Shown: positions 39,781 to 53,134 of the stretch, in pieces
Numbering within the stretch: the stretch's first letter is position 1
How the letters are laid out: every line of letters begins with the position of its first letter
Notes under the pieces: model-generated
The model's input: the letters and a program-made list of their open reading frames with translations, nothing else
What the model was told of the DNA's origin: nothing
The model's database searches: none
Source of the DNA: Octopus vulgaris
Lineage: Eukaryota
Assembly: GCA_951406725.2 (NCBI GenBank)
Contig: OX597818.1
Span: 106,888,001 to 106,952,000 of the forward strand
DNA: 64,000 nucleotides
Direction of reading: 5' to 3'
Translations under genes and position numbers: made by a program

Positions 39781-39995
39781 ATGCATATATCTTTATGTTT
39801 TTTGTTTGTCCTCCACTACTGCTTAACAACCAGTGTTGGTGTGTTTACGTCTCAGTAACTTAGCAGATCAGTAAAAGAGACTGATAGAATAAATACCAGG
39901 CTTTACAAAGAGATAAAAAGTGATTTGTTCAACTAAAATTCTTCAAGGCACTGCCCCAATATGGCCACAATCTAGTGACTGAAAGAAGTAAAAAG
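39542..39995 (+). mobile_element. SINE family A
   Basis: Same diagnostic blocks with internal (TG)n. Confidence 0.88.
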
Positions 39996-40428
39996 GTAAG
40001 ATTTTGGTAGTGTAAGACTTCGGTTATTATGCCAGAGTTGTTAGAATCATTGTTGGCATTATATGAAGACAAGAGTAGCAAAGAATATTCCAAGTCCAAT
40101 ATTACTGAGTAGTCACCTGATATTTCAGAAAAAATATTTTTATGACAAATACACTTAAATCAATATTTGTTTCTGGTTATGAAATGCAGTGTTGGCTTTG
40201 TTAGATTTATATTCAATATTTTGATGTGACAAAATACATTTAAAAACAAAAAAAACAAAAAAACTGATTCAGTCAGAAGAGAGGATGCAATGTCCATGAT
40301 GTTTCTATGATCTTCCAGACTGGTGAAATTGATGTGCTTGTTGTTTAGTCTGAACATCTACGGGGTCAATGTGTTGAAAGGGATCTTGTTGCTTGCGATG
40401 GTGAACTCTACTCAGGCATCCAAGGATC

Positions 40429-40664
40429 AGGTGATGGAGCTGGCAGACACGTTAGCACGCCGGGCGAAATGCGTAGCCGTATTTCATCTGCTGTTACATT
40501 CTGAGTTCAAATTCCGCCGAGGTCGACTTTGCCTTTCATCCTTTCGGGGTCGATAAATTAAGTACCAGTTATGCATTGGGGTTGATGTAATCGACTTAAT
40601 CCGTTTGTCTGTCCTTGTTTGTCCCCTCTGTGTGTAGCCCCTTGTGGGCAGTAAAGAAATAGGT
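40429..40664 (+). mobile_element. SINE family B, full length
   Basis: GAGCTGGCAGACACGTTAGCACGCCGGGCGAAATG...GAGTTCAAATTCCGCCGAGG...AGTAAAGAAATAGG. Confidence 0.9.
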
Positions 40665-41578
40665 ATTAGATTAGGAAATGGGTTAGAGCCACCAACCAGA
40701 TTATGCAAATGTGTGGTCTTTTGTATTTAGGCATCTCTAAGTTGATTTATAAAAAATGAATTTATAAAATGTTTTCTTCATTACTGCACGACAATAGTCT
40801 TAGAATTTCAATTTACATATGTATTTTTGGTCAAACGAATGACATCAACTTTTGTGCCCTGGCAATAGCATATTGATTCAAGTGTGTTCATGAAGATAAT
40901 TAGAAGATAATACTGCAAAGAAGTGCATATTGTAAAGCCATTAATAATTAATTCTCTGGAGGCTCTAATTTTACAGTCTCTTGGTACAGTAAATTATCAC
41001 AAGTGCTGTAAATTCATGGAAGAAGCAAATTCGATCAGTCATGAAGCAGTTAACATGTATCACATGCAACAAAGTCAACAGAACAAGTTAAAATATGCAA
41101 GCATTTCCATGACAACATGGCAGGTGTGGGGTTCTACACAGCTGCTTGACTTGCTAGAAATAGCTGTTGACATATCATTTAAATCACACCCTACTGTCAA
41201 AAATGGCAGAAATGCCTTTCAGAGTGAGTGAAATAACATGTGACGACCTTTTGATTTATTCTTTGCTACTTTTGTGCTTTTCTATTCTAAAAGTGTTTTA
41301 AAACATGGTCCATGAGGGTTGAGTGGTAAGAGAGGAGGGGGGCAACAGGAAGAGTAAGTGGTGGAAGTCAATAACATATGACCAGAGAAGAGGGAATGAG
41401 GATTGAGGGTGGAGAAAGGTTGATGGTAGGATGTAATTGGAGAGTAGGTGAGTGGTGGGGGTGGATGATTGTACGATATGATAGACACACACACACACAC
41501 ACATGTATGTACACCCAAATATATATACACATATATATACGTATGCACATTAATATATACACAAACAGACCTACTCTT

Positions 41579-41614
<36 letters not shown>

Positions 41615-44084
41615 CATAATACAGACAAGTATACGTATAAACACGTTACTTATGTATAGAGTAATTTTATAATATTTTTAATGTTTCCATTATTTCTGAA
41701 CAAAGAACGCATCCGTGTTAGGTGTGTGCATTATATTGGAATACAAACCATTTGACAAGAAACGTATTTTCAACATTGTAAGCCAAGTGACTGGCATCGC
41801 TGTAATGTCTGTCGTAGGTTTTCAAATAGGGAAAAATATTCTGGATATCATCCAAAGGAAACTTCAGATGTAATCATGTTGGGATGCCGATCTAAATAGT
41901 TTGCTTTTCATACCCCTGTTAATGGCCAAAAATGCCAGCAGACTCCTAAGTGAGGAGAACAGGCATGATGCCAAGTTGTAATTTAGTGCTACCGGTCTGT
42001 CTTGCATCTGGTTGTGAAGTGAAGCTGAAAAATACAGCTTTCTGAGACATCGGTTTAAGATTTACACTTTAGAATTCAATTGGCACTCACTTGATAAGAA
42101 GTAAGTCAATCACTTGGCCTTCTAGTCACGACATTTCTTGCAGTGATTCAATCCAATTTTCTTCAATAAAAAGAAAGAAAATAAAAGATAAAGAAGGAAT
42201 GAATTTTCTTTTAAAGGTTGACTCTTTGGAAACTTTCACTTGTTTTCTAGTGTTCTTCAAAATAGAAAAAGTAATTTGTGTCTTGCCATATCTTTCTAAC
42301 ATATTAGGGGTTCTAACAATAAACAATACATTTGAAGATCATGCCAGGTAGACTAGCATTATAAGATGTATTTCCATGTTTAGAACCTATCGACATATTG
42401 ATATCATTAAACATGGTTAACAAACAGCAAAGTTAAAGAATGTCATCAATTGTGAGGTGTGGGATTATCCCACAGGCAGGAACCTTGTTGCTTACTTCTC
42501 TGATTAATAGGAGACGTGTGTGCAAACACTAAAATCAGTACAAAAACTAAGCACTAATACCAGGAATTTTGTGTTCCAAAATTAGAAGTCCTACAGGATG
42601 TTCCAAAATCACTGATATTGCTCTGAATTTCTTCATAAATGAAAACCTTACAACCAAGCTTGAACAATTCTTGATACCAATGTATTTGGGACAATTTAAT
42701 GATTCACTTTTGTGTAACCATTCAAATACAAACGTTGGTGTAAATCATGATATATATAGCATGTCTTGTTCAAAGATTAGTTTTCCATTTTGGACACAGA
42801 AAATAATTCATCTTCCACCCCTTCCACAACAAACCCTCCACAAAACTCAGGTAAGATCTACAGTGAAGCACTACTCCTATGTCTAAAATACCTGTCATTG
42901 CTTCATTCGCAAACAACCAAGATTATATCCAAAAAGTGGTCAGTCAATTGATTAGGAAAACAATCACTCAGTAACACCACTTCAACTTCTAGATTATGTC
43001 TCTTCTTTCTGTATTTGCAATGAGAGATCTCTGCATCTTGGAACTGCCTGGTCTCATGCCTCTTCTACTTTGCTATCCCATTTTTTCTCTCACCCCCATC
43101 TCCTATTGTATTTCATATTCATAATACTCTTACCTTATATTATGGTACTTTCCTCAAACTTTCCTCCCAAGACTGTCAGCTTTTTGAAATTCTCTCTTTG
43201 CACACATTTTCCCTGCAATTGTGATTTGCACCTGTTTGAAAAAAAATGCCAGTGTTAAAGGTCTTGGAGGATAAGTAAAGGCTATGAACACACGACATTC
43301 TTTCATTTCAAGTTGATAAAACAACAAAAATCATTTCAAGCCATTTTGTAGACAAGGCACATAGTTTTTCACATTTACATAAATATTTAAGAATGAATCA
43401 GTTAGGGATATCTTAAATAATGGTTTTTGGTTTATACTTAACAAGAAAATTATGAGATCAAGCAGAGCAAAGTTGCTTAGAATGAGAAAATATACTAAAG
43501 AGGAATGCTGCCCATAATTTCAAGACATCTTAAGATTAGTGGTTAATACTACTTTAGCAAGAGTAGAATGGTAATCAGCAGAGTTCTTAACTGCCAGTCA
43601 TAAAATGCTGTTTTGTAAGCGTAGAAGCAAGTTATATAGTCTAAATATTCCTAAGTGGATAAAGAAATGGAAACATAGGCAAGAAATAAAAAAAAATCAT
43701 CAAAAGTTTCCTAAATAATTTCATTGGAATGATGTCCAACCCATGCTAGCATGGAAAGCAGACGTTAAATGATGATGATGATGACCGAAGAAAAGAATTT
43801 GCACTTTTCTTTTATTTTTCCAATGAATTTTTCCGCTAATCTCTCTCCTACTTTTGCTGTAGCTGCACTCCTCACTGATGTAAACCAATGTAACCGTTGC
43901 CAGTATTGCAGTGTGGTCATCATCCACATCAGAAACAGATGTACCTCCCACATGGCATGTGAGGCAGAGTCTATAATGCTTAAAATGTTGATAGTCTTCA
44001 CACCCATTTTTTGGTAATAACTTGCACCACATGATAGAAGGACCTAGAATTGAGCCACTGGCTAATATTAGTTTCAAATTTTGG

Positions 44085-44282
44085 TTCAAGGTCAGTCAAT
44101 TCGGGGAAATGGGTAAAGTCAATTACATCAACATCAAATGGCATTTGTTTTATGAACCCTGAAAGGACTAAAGGCAAAGCTGACCGTGGTAGAATTTGAA
44201 CTCACAACGTAAGGATGGACAGACAAAATGTCATCAAACATTTTCCCCATCATGCTAATGATTCTGCCAGCTCACTGCCTTA
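44085..44282 (-). mobile_element. SINE family B variant
   Basis: AAGGCAAAG...GAATTTGAACTCA...GATTCTGCCAGCTCACTGCC. Confidence 0.75.
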
Positions 44283-45019
44283 ATTTGTCTGCTTATATCC
44301 AGGGTACAAGGAATGGTGAGAGACTTGATGCTCTACAAAGAATGAACAAATTTGTTTTGCTCTAATTTCACTGCAGTTTCGGCAGCTGTAAAGAAAGTAA
44401 TCCTGCCAAGAAAAGATATTAGGGAAAGAGATGCAATCGAAATTGGTAGCAGATAATCAGTGTGACATAGAGATTGGTATTTCGATTAGGTATTGGTGCC
44501 AACTTCAATAGAACACTGAAATTGGTGTCTTCTTCTCTGCACAGTTGTAGCAAATGTCCATTACCTGATAAGTTCTTCAAGCCTGATTCTTAAGGTGTCT
44601 ACAAAATTAGATTCTTTGCAAAATGTCTTTTGCTCTTTCAATCATGCTTCTTAGCATTAGCTTTGTCTTTTGGTAAAAAAAAAGATTTACAAATAATCAA
44701 AAATGTATATTGGTAACAAAGTAAAGCAATTCAAATTGCAAATGAGATAGGAATGAATGAGATCAAAAGAGGAGTACCACAGGGTGGTGGTGGTGGTGTG
44801 TGTGTGTGTGTGTCTGGGGGGTGTTTTACCACCTGTCTTCATTTTGGAGTAAAATAATTATGTGATCTATTGAGGAGAAAACATCAACAGTATCTGTGAG
44901 GCAGAGGGACACACAGTACTCCTAGTAACAGAGAAAGAGCAACTAAATTTAACACTGTTAATGAGAAGGTTGAAAGGAAGTGAGTAGGGGATAAAGAAAA
45001 GATGTGAGCATGTGAGTGC

Positions 45020-45052
<33 letters not shown>

Positions 45053-45149
45053 GGTAAGAGAGAGGGAGAGAGAGAGTGTCTATTTGAAAGAGAGTACCAC
45101 AAATTTGCTACATAAGAACAGAACAACTCTGAAACAGGTTGATAACTTT

Positions 45150-45590
45150 AGAAACCAAAATTATATTTGATGGGGAAAACATGAAAGAAATGAAGAATCT
45201 AGAGCTAGTTTTCATGGGATTGAACATATTGTGTCAAAAAATGGCTTTCAATATAAGAAATGGAGTCTGAGAGAAATACAGAGAACTCGTTGTTGCATAT
45301 ATGTGTACGACCTGGAACATGAACAAACCAGAAAAAATGGTTTTCAATGCTGCAAAGATGTGGTTTCTTTATCAAACGGTGAAGGTGTCAGAAAGACTGA
45401 AATACATAGGAGAGCAAAGAAGACCAGAAAACTTTTGAACAACATGAAGAAATGAAAGATTAAGTTTAATGGACATCATACGAAAGGTCAACTGGAAAAC
45501 TCGAAAGGAAGAACAAATCAGGAAAGGCAGAAAAGGAAATGAGTGATGATGGACTTCTAAAACTGATTACAGAAAGACTGGCCTAATACT
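45150..45590 (+). mobile_element. Highly decayed RTE-clade fragment
   Basis: NAAKMWFL...EIHRRAKKTRKLLNNMKK*KIKFNGH resembles the RTE post-RT region. Confidence 0.45.
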
Positions 45591-45729
45591 GTATGTGGGG
45601 CAGAGGTGTTGTTGAGGGTGTTGAGAGTCATCAGCACCTATAAGCATGATACGTAAAGAAGATATATTTATATGGATGTATATGTGTGTGTGTGTATGTA
45701 CGCATGCTAGTATATATATATATATTAGA

Positions 45730-45834
45730 CACAGCCTGGGCCTGATGAAGCCTTCTGGCTTCACAGACCCCAGTAGAACCGTCCAACCCATGCTAGCATG
45801 GAAAACGGACGCTAAATGATGATGATGATGATGA
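45730..45834 (+). mobile_element. Family D 3' tail
   Basis: CCGTCCAACCCATGCTAGCATGGAAAACGGACGCTAAA(TGA)n; a shorter copy lies at 43733-43783. Confidence 0.8.
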
Positions 45835-45902
45835 CAGCAAAATATGCATGCATACGTATATTGTGCGTATGTATTGTGTGCATGTGTATTGTGTGTGTGT
45901 GT

Positions 45903-45967
<65 letters not shown>

Positions 45968-46302
45968 TGCACATAAATACAGATGTATCAAATTCAGTTA
46001 TTTCTCTGTGGATTGCAAAAATGGTAAAAAACCATTATCGATTTTTGACCCTTATTGGGTTCTCATCAGAGGTGTTGTCTCTGTCCCTTGATGTATCCCA
46101 GAGAAGCAAGGAGTTGATCTATTTATATACACAACAAATCCTGTACAGATATGAGGAAGGGAAAGAGTGAGCAAGAAAGTGAGAGAGAGAGAGAGAGGGA
46201 GAGAGAGACTTACAGAGGCAGTTAGTAAAGGAAAGCAGATAGAAAGAAAAATATCGATATATTGATAAGCAGGTAGATTGATACATATATAGTTGGATAA
46301 AA

Positions 46303-46349
46303 GGATAGATAGAGAGATAGATGGATAGATGGGTAGATAGATAGATGGG

Positions 46350-46418
<69 letters not shown>

Positions 46419-46439
46419 CGATGGCTGGTTGGAGGGATG

Positions 46440-46500
<61 letters not shown>

Positions 46501-46516
46501 GTAGGTAGGTAGATAG
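46303..46516. repeat. (AGAT)n microsatellite
   Basis: Direct reading. Confidence 0.96.
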
Positions 46517-48777
46517 AAAGCATGAGTGAGAATGGCAAGGATGAAGGAGCATAAATGGGAGAAAGGAAAATGATGGCGAGTAAGAGAGAAAGTAAGAGAC
46601 AAAGCAATTCTTTATCCTTTTAATCCTAAGAATATTAATACAGGAGTTTTATTTCTTAAATAACAGCAGGATTTCCTGTTCGTTTCCGTTCTTTCTTGAC
46701 TGTTCTTGTGAAGAATATGAAGAAATCTGAGATTGTTGTGTCTTAGGAGGATTTAAATCCTCACCATGAATACATAATGATTTTCTATTTTGCCCAAGGT
46801 AAGAAATTTATAGTTTTCTACTAATAGAGAAATAAATCTGACAGAAGCAGCAGCAGCAGCAGTAGCAGCATTAGCAGCAACAACAACAATATTAAGGTTA
46901 AGAAGGAGCTGACAACAAAGGCAACAATGGTAACATTAGTGACAAGAAGAAGAACAAAAGGAGAAATATTAACAGTGACTTACAGAAACAACAACAACAA
47001 CAACAAGTGCATAAAATGCAGGAAAAAGAATGACAACAATAAGGTAGTGAGATGAGATGTATGAGGAAGAGCAATAAGAAGAACAATAACAGTGCCATCA
47101 CCACCTGTAGCAGCAAGAAGAAGGGAAACAGGAGCCAGCAAGGGGGGTGGGGGTATGCAGTCAAACAAGCTGCTAGAAATAGCAACCAAATACCCTCAAA
47201 TTACACGTTACTATCTTAATAAGTAAGGAAGCGACAAACTGAAGAATGTTGTCATACCCTAAAAAGAAGGGAATGTCATGGATGGAATAACTTTGTCGAT
47301 AGGTTCGATCAGTTGAATATGACCCATGGGCCAAACAAAAAGCGTAACAACAATAATAATAATGATAGCAGCAGCAACAACAACAACTGCAACAGCAACA
47401 GTGATAAATGAAAATTAATAACAGAAAATGCAACAATTCAACAATAAAGTAAACGACGAGAACGAGAGGAATGTGAAGTGTAATGATTAAACAACAACAA
47501 CAACAAGAATAGGAACGAAGGCAGGAAAGTAAGAAAGAGAAGAAGAAGAAGAAGAAGCATCCCTATTATTTTGCATTAATGCCTGTCCTGAAGCAAGCAT
47601 GTAAGTTGAACTTGTTTTTATTATTCCTCTTCAGCAGCCAACAATAGCAACAACGTCAAGCAGTAACAACAATATTTACGACTTCATACTTTGTTTAGAA
47701 GCAAAACAAATCAAAATAACAAACATTTAAACACACAAACAGAACAAAATACAAAAGAAAAGTAAATAGAGTCGAGAGTAATCTAGCAGACATTGAAAAG
47801 AAACCTTTGCTTGGAATGGAATTGGTAAGAGTCTGTTTAATAGTTTATTGGTGTTAGTGAACACTTAAAAGTTGTTGAATAATTGGTTTTCATTTAAGCT
47901 GAGTAAAGTACATAAAGAAAAACAAATTGTAGATATAATATTAAGTCGAGTTTTGTGGACATTGTAAATCATGATTGGCTACGGTGATAGTATGCTTGCA
48001 GCCGGATGAATGGATCAATGGTTCGTTCCATATCAGAGGCTGGCTATTGTGTTCCTGGAGGAGAAATAGATAAATTAATGGAATGGTGTTCACAAGGATG
48101 TAGCCATCAGGTAGAGAATTAAGAAGTTAAAAACCTGCTACAAGATAGCAAGAATTCGGAATCACCTCTGGTTTCCATAACCGTGAATTGCTGATTTTTG
48201 CCTTTTATCTTTTACTTGTTTCAGTCATTAGACTGCAACTTCTTATTCCAGTGCCATTTCTCAAGGAATTTGGGTATCTACCCATGTACCAATCAGTTTA
48301 GTTCCACTAAGTATTCAGTCTGCCCTCATACTATTTCCTGTTGTGTATTTGTTGATTGATAGAAGAAACTGTTCACTCAAGTGTTATCGGAACTCTAAAT
48401 ATGAATGAGATTGCAGTGAGTGGCTTTGATATTCTGTCAGGTCCCCCACCACACCAAGTAAGACGCTTCACTGCTGTCAACATTAGCATTACTTGAATTA
48501 AATGTTTCATTAGCTTGCAAAGCTGAGCTCAGTTCGTTTTGATTGATTTAGGTTTTACAGTTCTATATTTAAGAGACGAGAAATTATTTACATTATTTAC
48601 ATTATTTACATTTGACGGATATTTGTCCTCATCTTGTTTGTTGTTAACACAACATTTTGGCTGATATACCCTCCAGCCTCCATCAGGTGTCTTGGGGAAA
48701 TTTCGAACTGGGTTCTCATTCCTAAAGTATTTTTCGATGCTGTTGTTGTTGTTGTTATTATTATTATTATTATTATT

Positions 48778-49098
48778 GAGTGAGAGAGCAGTGCATGCCA
48801 TCAAAGTGACACTTGGGTAAAATATACGAAGCCCAGTATACCCATCATGACTACCCGTCTGATAAGGGTACACTAGGCACATGTATCACAACTATATGTG
48901 CACGACATGATGATCTCATATCAAGATAAACAGCGTATGACCTTGCAGGTGGGGCTCAGAATTGTCTTCAGGTTGAGTAACCCATCCTGCTCAAAAGGTC
49001 CCTGAATAAGGATTGCTTCAGGATGTTGAATGAACCACCCATGTTTCCAGAGGTGAATTATCCAAACCTCTAAGAATCCCTCTCAACACATGGCTATG

Positions 49099-49100
<2 letters not shown>
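48778..49100 (-). mobile_element. Interspersed repeat (family F) nested in the (ATT)n tract
   Basis: Closely similar to 57727-58030; (ATT)n on both sides. Confidence 0.85.
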
Positions 49101-49148
<48 letters not shown>

Positions 49149-49159
49149 CATTATTATTA

Positions 49160-49236
49160 TTCAGGTCATTGCCGGGAATCCAACTCAGAATCTTGGTGTT
49201 AGTAGCCTGCACTCTTAACCACTACACCATATGTCC
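49160..49236 (-). promoter_or_regulatory. tRNA-derived internal Pol III promoter (SINE head)
   Basis: Minus: TGGTGTAGTGGTTAAG (A box), anticodon-like loop CTACTAA, GAGTTGGATTCC (B box with one mismatch). Confidence 0.7.
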
Positions 49237-49336
49237 ATGGGTATATGGCAGTGACCTGAATAATAATAATAATAATAATAACAACAACATCAAAAAATAC
49301 CTTAGGAATGAGAACCCAGGTTCGAAATTTCCCCAA

Positions 49337-49382
49337 GACACCTGATGAAGGTTGGCGGGTATATCAGCCGAAACGTTGTGTT
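49337..49382 (+). ncRNA. Minimal type-I hammerhead ribozyme motif with intact core
   Basis: ACAC-CTGATGA-A-GGTTG-loop-CAGCC-GAAAC-GTT-GTGT; palindromic stem III AACGTT; the inverted copy at 48646-48691 has core mutations. Confidence 0.75.
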
Positions 49383-49627
49383 AACAACAAACAAGATGAG
49401 GACAAATATCCGTGAAATGTAAATAATGATTTAGGTTTTGTTAGATTTCTTAGCAACATAGTCACCAGTTCAGTTTTGTCACCAGAGAGAATAAATGAGA
49501 TGATATGATTAAAATTGTCATCATTTAATCTGTAGAGCGAGCAGATCCTTGGGGAAATGATTTGCAGATGAAAGATGTCAGACTATTATTGAAAGGATCC
49601 TTGATCTTCAGATAGAAAGAGTTCAAT

Positions 49628-49923
49628 CCTGCTGGTTGACGAATCCCAGACCAGTTGGTGGAAATGTTCTAAGCTGTAACAGCAAGATTACATATAACTG
49701 TGCTTTGTTGTATGAGAAAGGTTTCAAAGATGAACCCAGTGACACTTCAACATTATTCCAAGTTGCAACTTCCACTGTAACATAAGATTCCTTGTCTCCA
49801 GAGTGTTTCCAAGAATTGTCACTGGGTTCAGCTTAGAAATCTTTCTGATACAACAAAACAGAGTTATATGTGATCAGCTCAGAACATTTTCACCAACTGC
49901 TCTGGAGTCTTTCAACCAGCAGG
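49628..49923. mobile_element. Fold-back element, arms 49628-49748 and 49813-49923
   Basis: CCTGCTGGTTGA...TGAACCCAGTGACA inverted, with an indel. Confidence 0.8.
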
Positions 49924-50801
49924 TTTTGCATTAATCAAACTGAATAAAATTAACAACAATGTAAAGAAAGTTAAGGAGAGCTGCTTCCCAGCTTGAGTGA
50001 GTCTGTCTATTTAGAAACTACATGTTAAAGGGTGCCAGAGAATCCTAAGAATTTCTAATGAACTGAAATGGACAGGTTTTTTTCTACCAACCTTTTCAAA
50101 GCCATTATTTAGTCAAGGTACATTTTTACCTTTGTTTGAAACTGAAGATGTAATTGAAACTTTTATCTTTTTTCGTTTTTTTTGCAACAAAGCATGGAAG
50201 ACTTATGTCTGGCAGAACCCATCAACCTCTACAGGCTAATGATTTGAGTAAATGAAGTGAAATGATTCAACTTGAAATTCACTCTACATCATAAACATGG
50301 CTTCTCAATAACCTACATTTACTGCACTTGTTCTTCTGCCAGTGTATTTTGCAGGAAAATAAACTACTTTTCTTATTACTGTTGAGTAATCAATGCCTAA
50401 GAAGAGATTTCAATTTGAGAATGTGTCCTTCAAAGATCTATGCATATTCATCTATAACAAACATGAAGCTTATTTTGAATCCCACTCAACAAGATTGGAG
50501 TGTAATGAAGTTTGTTTCCATTATCAGATCTTCATTGGTGAGCTCTCAGTCCATTACATGTTTTGTTACTCAGACCTAAATAGTGTAGCTTAGTGAAATA
50601 TTGATCGGTTACACAATAATTTGCTATTTGAATTTTGGGGGTACAAGTTATTAAGTGGATAATTGACATGAAAAATGGTAAGATGCATGCGATAGGCCTA
50701 AAAGAAGAAGAGTTGTATGCAAATTGATTTAAGATAAAGGAGAAACAAATGTTTTGGCTGTGATCCATGAGTTGAAGGCATTAGGATAAACTAATGAAAT
50801 A

Positions 50802-51072
50802 ATTTCGGTTTGGGATTTGGTTTGGAAGATTCTTTATGTGAGTTCCTGTGTTGAAGCATGTTCTGTTGTGTCTGGGGAGAGTCATTCTCTTTTAGTGCCT
50901 TATTATTTAACACACTCACCAGTAAAGTTTCCACTCATTTACTTATTTATTTTTCCTAAAATTTTCGTTGTGTCTTGCAACCTTTTCAATAGTCATTGAC
51001 TCTGTCCATTATCCTGGTGAGTGTTTTAAATAATAAGACACTAAAAGTGAATGACTCTCCCCAGACACAACA
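50802..51072. mobile_element. PLE-type pLTR with a partial inverted copy (50864-50922 and 51014-51072)
   Basis: 59-bp inverted arms with 3 mismatches; same family as the arms of 54587-56470; hammerhead-like motif on minus strand at 50956-50992. Confidence 0.85.
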
Positions 51073-52649
51073 CAATGAAATAATGTTACTACAAAACCCT
51101 CACATAATAAGCAGAAACATTGAAATAAAAAATAACATTGTACTTGGCTGGCCATTACAGACTAGTTTCATAGAAAAAGGAGTGATTTGGAATGGAGTTT
51201 GACATGCTGTCGTGGTTTGGGGAAAAAAAAAGAACTTTATTAAATTCAGTCTAAAAACCCTTTAAAAAGGCAGAGGAAATGAATAGAAATTCGTGTGTCA
51301 CAAGTATTTTTACTGGTAGCATACCATCTTGATAATTTAGTCTAGTGTTACTCTCCAAGAGGTTGAAATGAATGGTGTAGAATGTTGGAATGGCTGTAAT
51401 GTTATAAACACAGTAAAGAATTGGTTGGGTAACCATAATCCCTTAAATCCAAGAAAATCATGGCACTGACCAAAATGATGCTAAAAGTTGCTAGATGATT
51501 CAGCATCAAAGATCAAAACTCTAATTAAAGAAAGAAAACAAAAAGAAGAAATCGTGAAGAAATGGTAACAAAATATCAAAGTTTTAATTAGAAAATGTTT
51601 TCTTAAACAAAGTAAATAATCAAATTTTGTGCAAAGCAAAAGAAAACTTTAAATAAAATATAAATACATTAAATCACACACACACACATATATACTCACA
51701 TTGAATTTGCACACACACACACTCACACACACACACACACACACACATATATACACACGGACACATACATATATACATACATTAAATACACATTAAATTC
51801 TCACTTCAAGGAATTGACATTTCACTATTGACATTTGACAAGTAAAACTGCCAAAATACAATATTCTTCAAAGAAAAAGAATAAAAAAAAAAACATTAAT
51901 TCCTTATTCCTTCTTTCTTGCCTTTGTCTTTTTCTTTCTTTTTTTGTTTGTTTGTTTGTTTGTTTGTTTCTTTCTTTCTTCACAAGAAATAATGTTACTA
52001 TGATTTGTTTCCACAGAATCAGTGATCATTCAAGAAAATAACTGCTTGGTTAAACAGATGGGAATTTACAAAATAAAAGACAAAAATCTGTTCCGTCCCA
52101 TTTTCATGTCAAGTTGTTTAAAGTGTTTGGACTGACATTTGACTCAGACAGAAAGAGAAGGTAATTAGACAGGTGAAGCTATTAGAAAGGTGAAGGATAT
52201 ACAGAAGGTGAAGGTCATATAACATTGAAGCAGCTATAATGGAGGTGGTATAATTTTGAAGTTAATAAAACGAGGGAAGTAGAGGGAAATAAAATGATGT
52301 AAGCAATGAAATGCCAGAGGTAATAAACAGGTGAAAGTAATATAATGGTAAAGGTATTATACAGGTGAATAGGTATACTAGTTAAGGTTATATACTGGTG
52401 TATGTAATATAATGATGGAGGTAAGATAAAGGTGGCATTAATATACAGCTGAAGGTAGCATGAAGAAAACGGCTAATATAGTTGTCAAGGTAATATAATA
52501 GTGAAAGTAAACCACAGGTAACACACAGGTGAACATAATATTCAGGGGAAAGTAAAATAAAGATGAATATATAAAGATTCTACAGAAAGTAATCCAAATG
52601 TAAGTATAATTTTTCATTAACCATAAAGAATGGAAGAGTCAGGCCAAGT

Positions 52650-52945
52650 CTTAGTGAGCTCACTTCAGGGAAAAGACCACGGAGTTGTTCTTGTTGATGA
52701 TACAAGGACCAGCTCAAAGCAACACTGGAAGCCACTGGAATTGAGCCTAAATTGTTTGAAACAGAAGCTTGAGACAGTACCAAATGGCAGTGTTCCATCA
52801 CCATTGGAAAAGAATGGAATCAAATGACAGGAGAGAAAAGCTCAATAAAATCAACCTCGTCCTTCACCAACATTACCATGCAGTCAATGTCATCGTCTCT
52901 TCTTTGCAAGAGTTGGTCTACAGAGTCATCAAGGCCATTACCACA
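52650..52945 (+). mobile_element. Decayed RTE-clade C-terminus with terminal C2H2-like finger
   Basis: ELTSGKRPR...YKDQLKATL..TGI...TEA*DSTKW; PCSQCHRLFFARVGLQSHQ. Confidence 0.75.
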
Positions 52946-53134
52946 GAGGAAGCATTCAGCAAAGAAAACACAAAATTCCCGAATACAAGATAAAGCCATC
53001 ACCACCACCACCACGACCAAAGCATTTGTACACTTGTTGAAGCCAACTCTGTGAAAAAAGTTCAGGTATGTCCTATTCTACTCTTTTGTTTGCAGCCATT
53101 GTCATCAGTGTGTCATTTAATTGTTGTCTTTGAT

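Larger units (their letters stand above)
48557..49426. mobile_element. Palindromic non-autonomous retroelement: tRNA-like head, (AAT)n, hammerhead-bearing PLE-type tail in both orientations
   Basis: Arms ~48600-48740 and ~49288-49426 are inverted; TSD TGATTTAGGTTTT at 48544-48556 and 49427-49439; symmetry centre near 49237. Confidence 0.88.

Noticed and set aside
42591-42800. Tc1-like MITE ends (TACAGGATGTTCCAAAA...TTTTGGACAC)
   Set aside because: Only about 10 bp of imperfect inverted match and no second TA junction.
43862-43958. Possible Cys-rich exon (AALLTDVNQCNRCQYCS...)
   Set aside because: Weak donor, no recognisable domain, and flanked by repeats.
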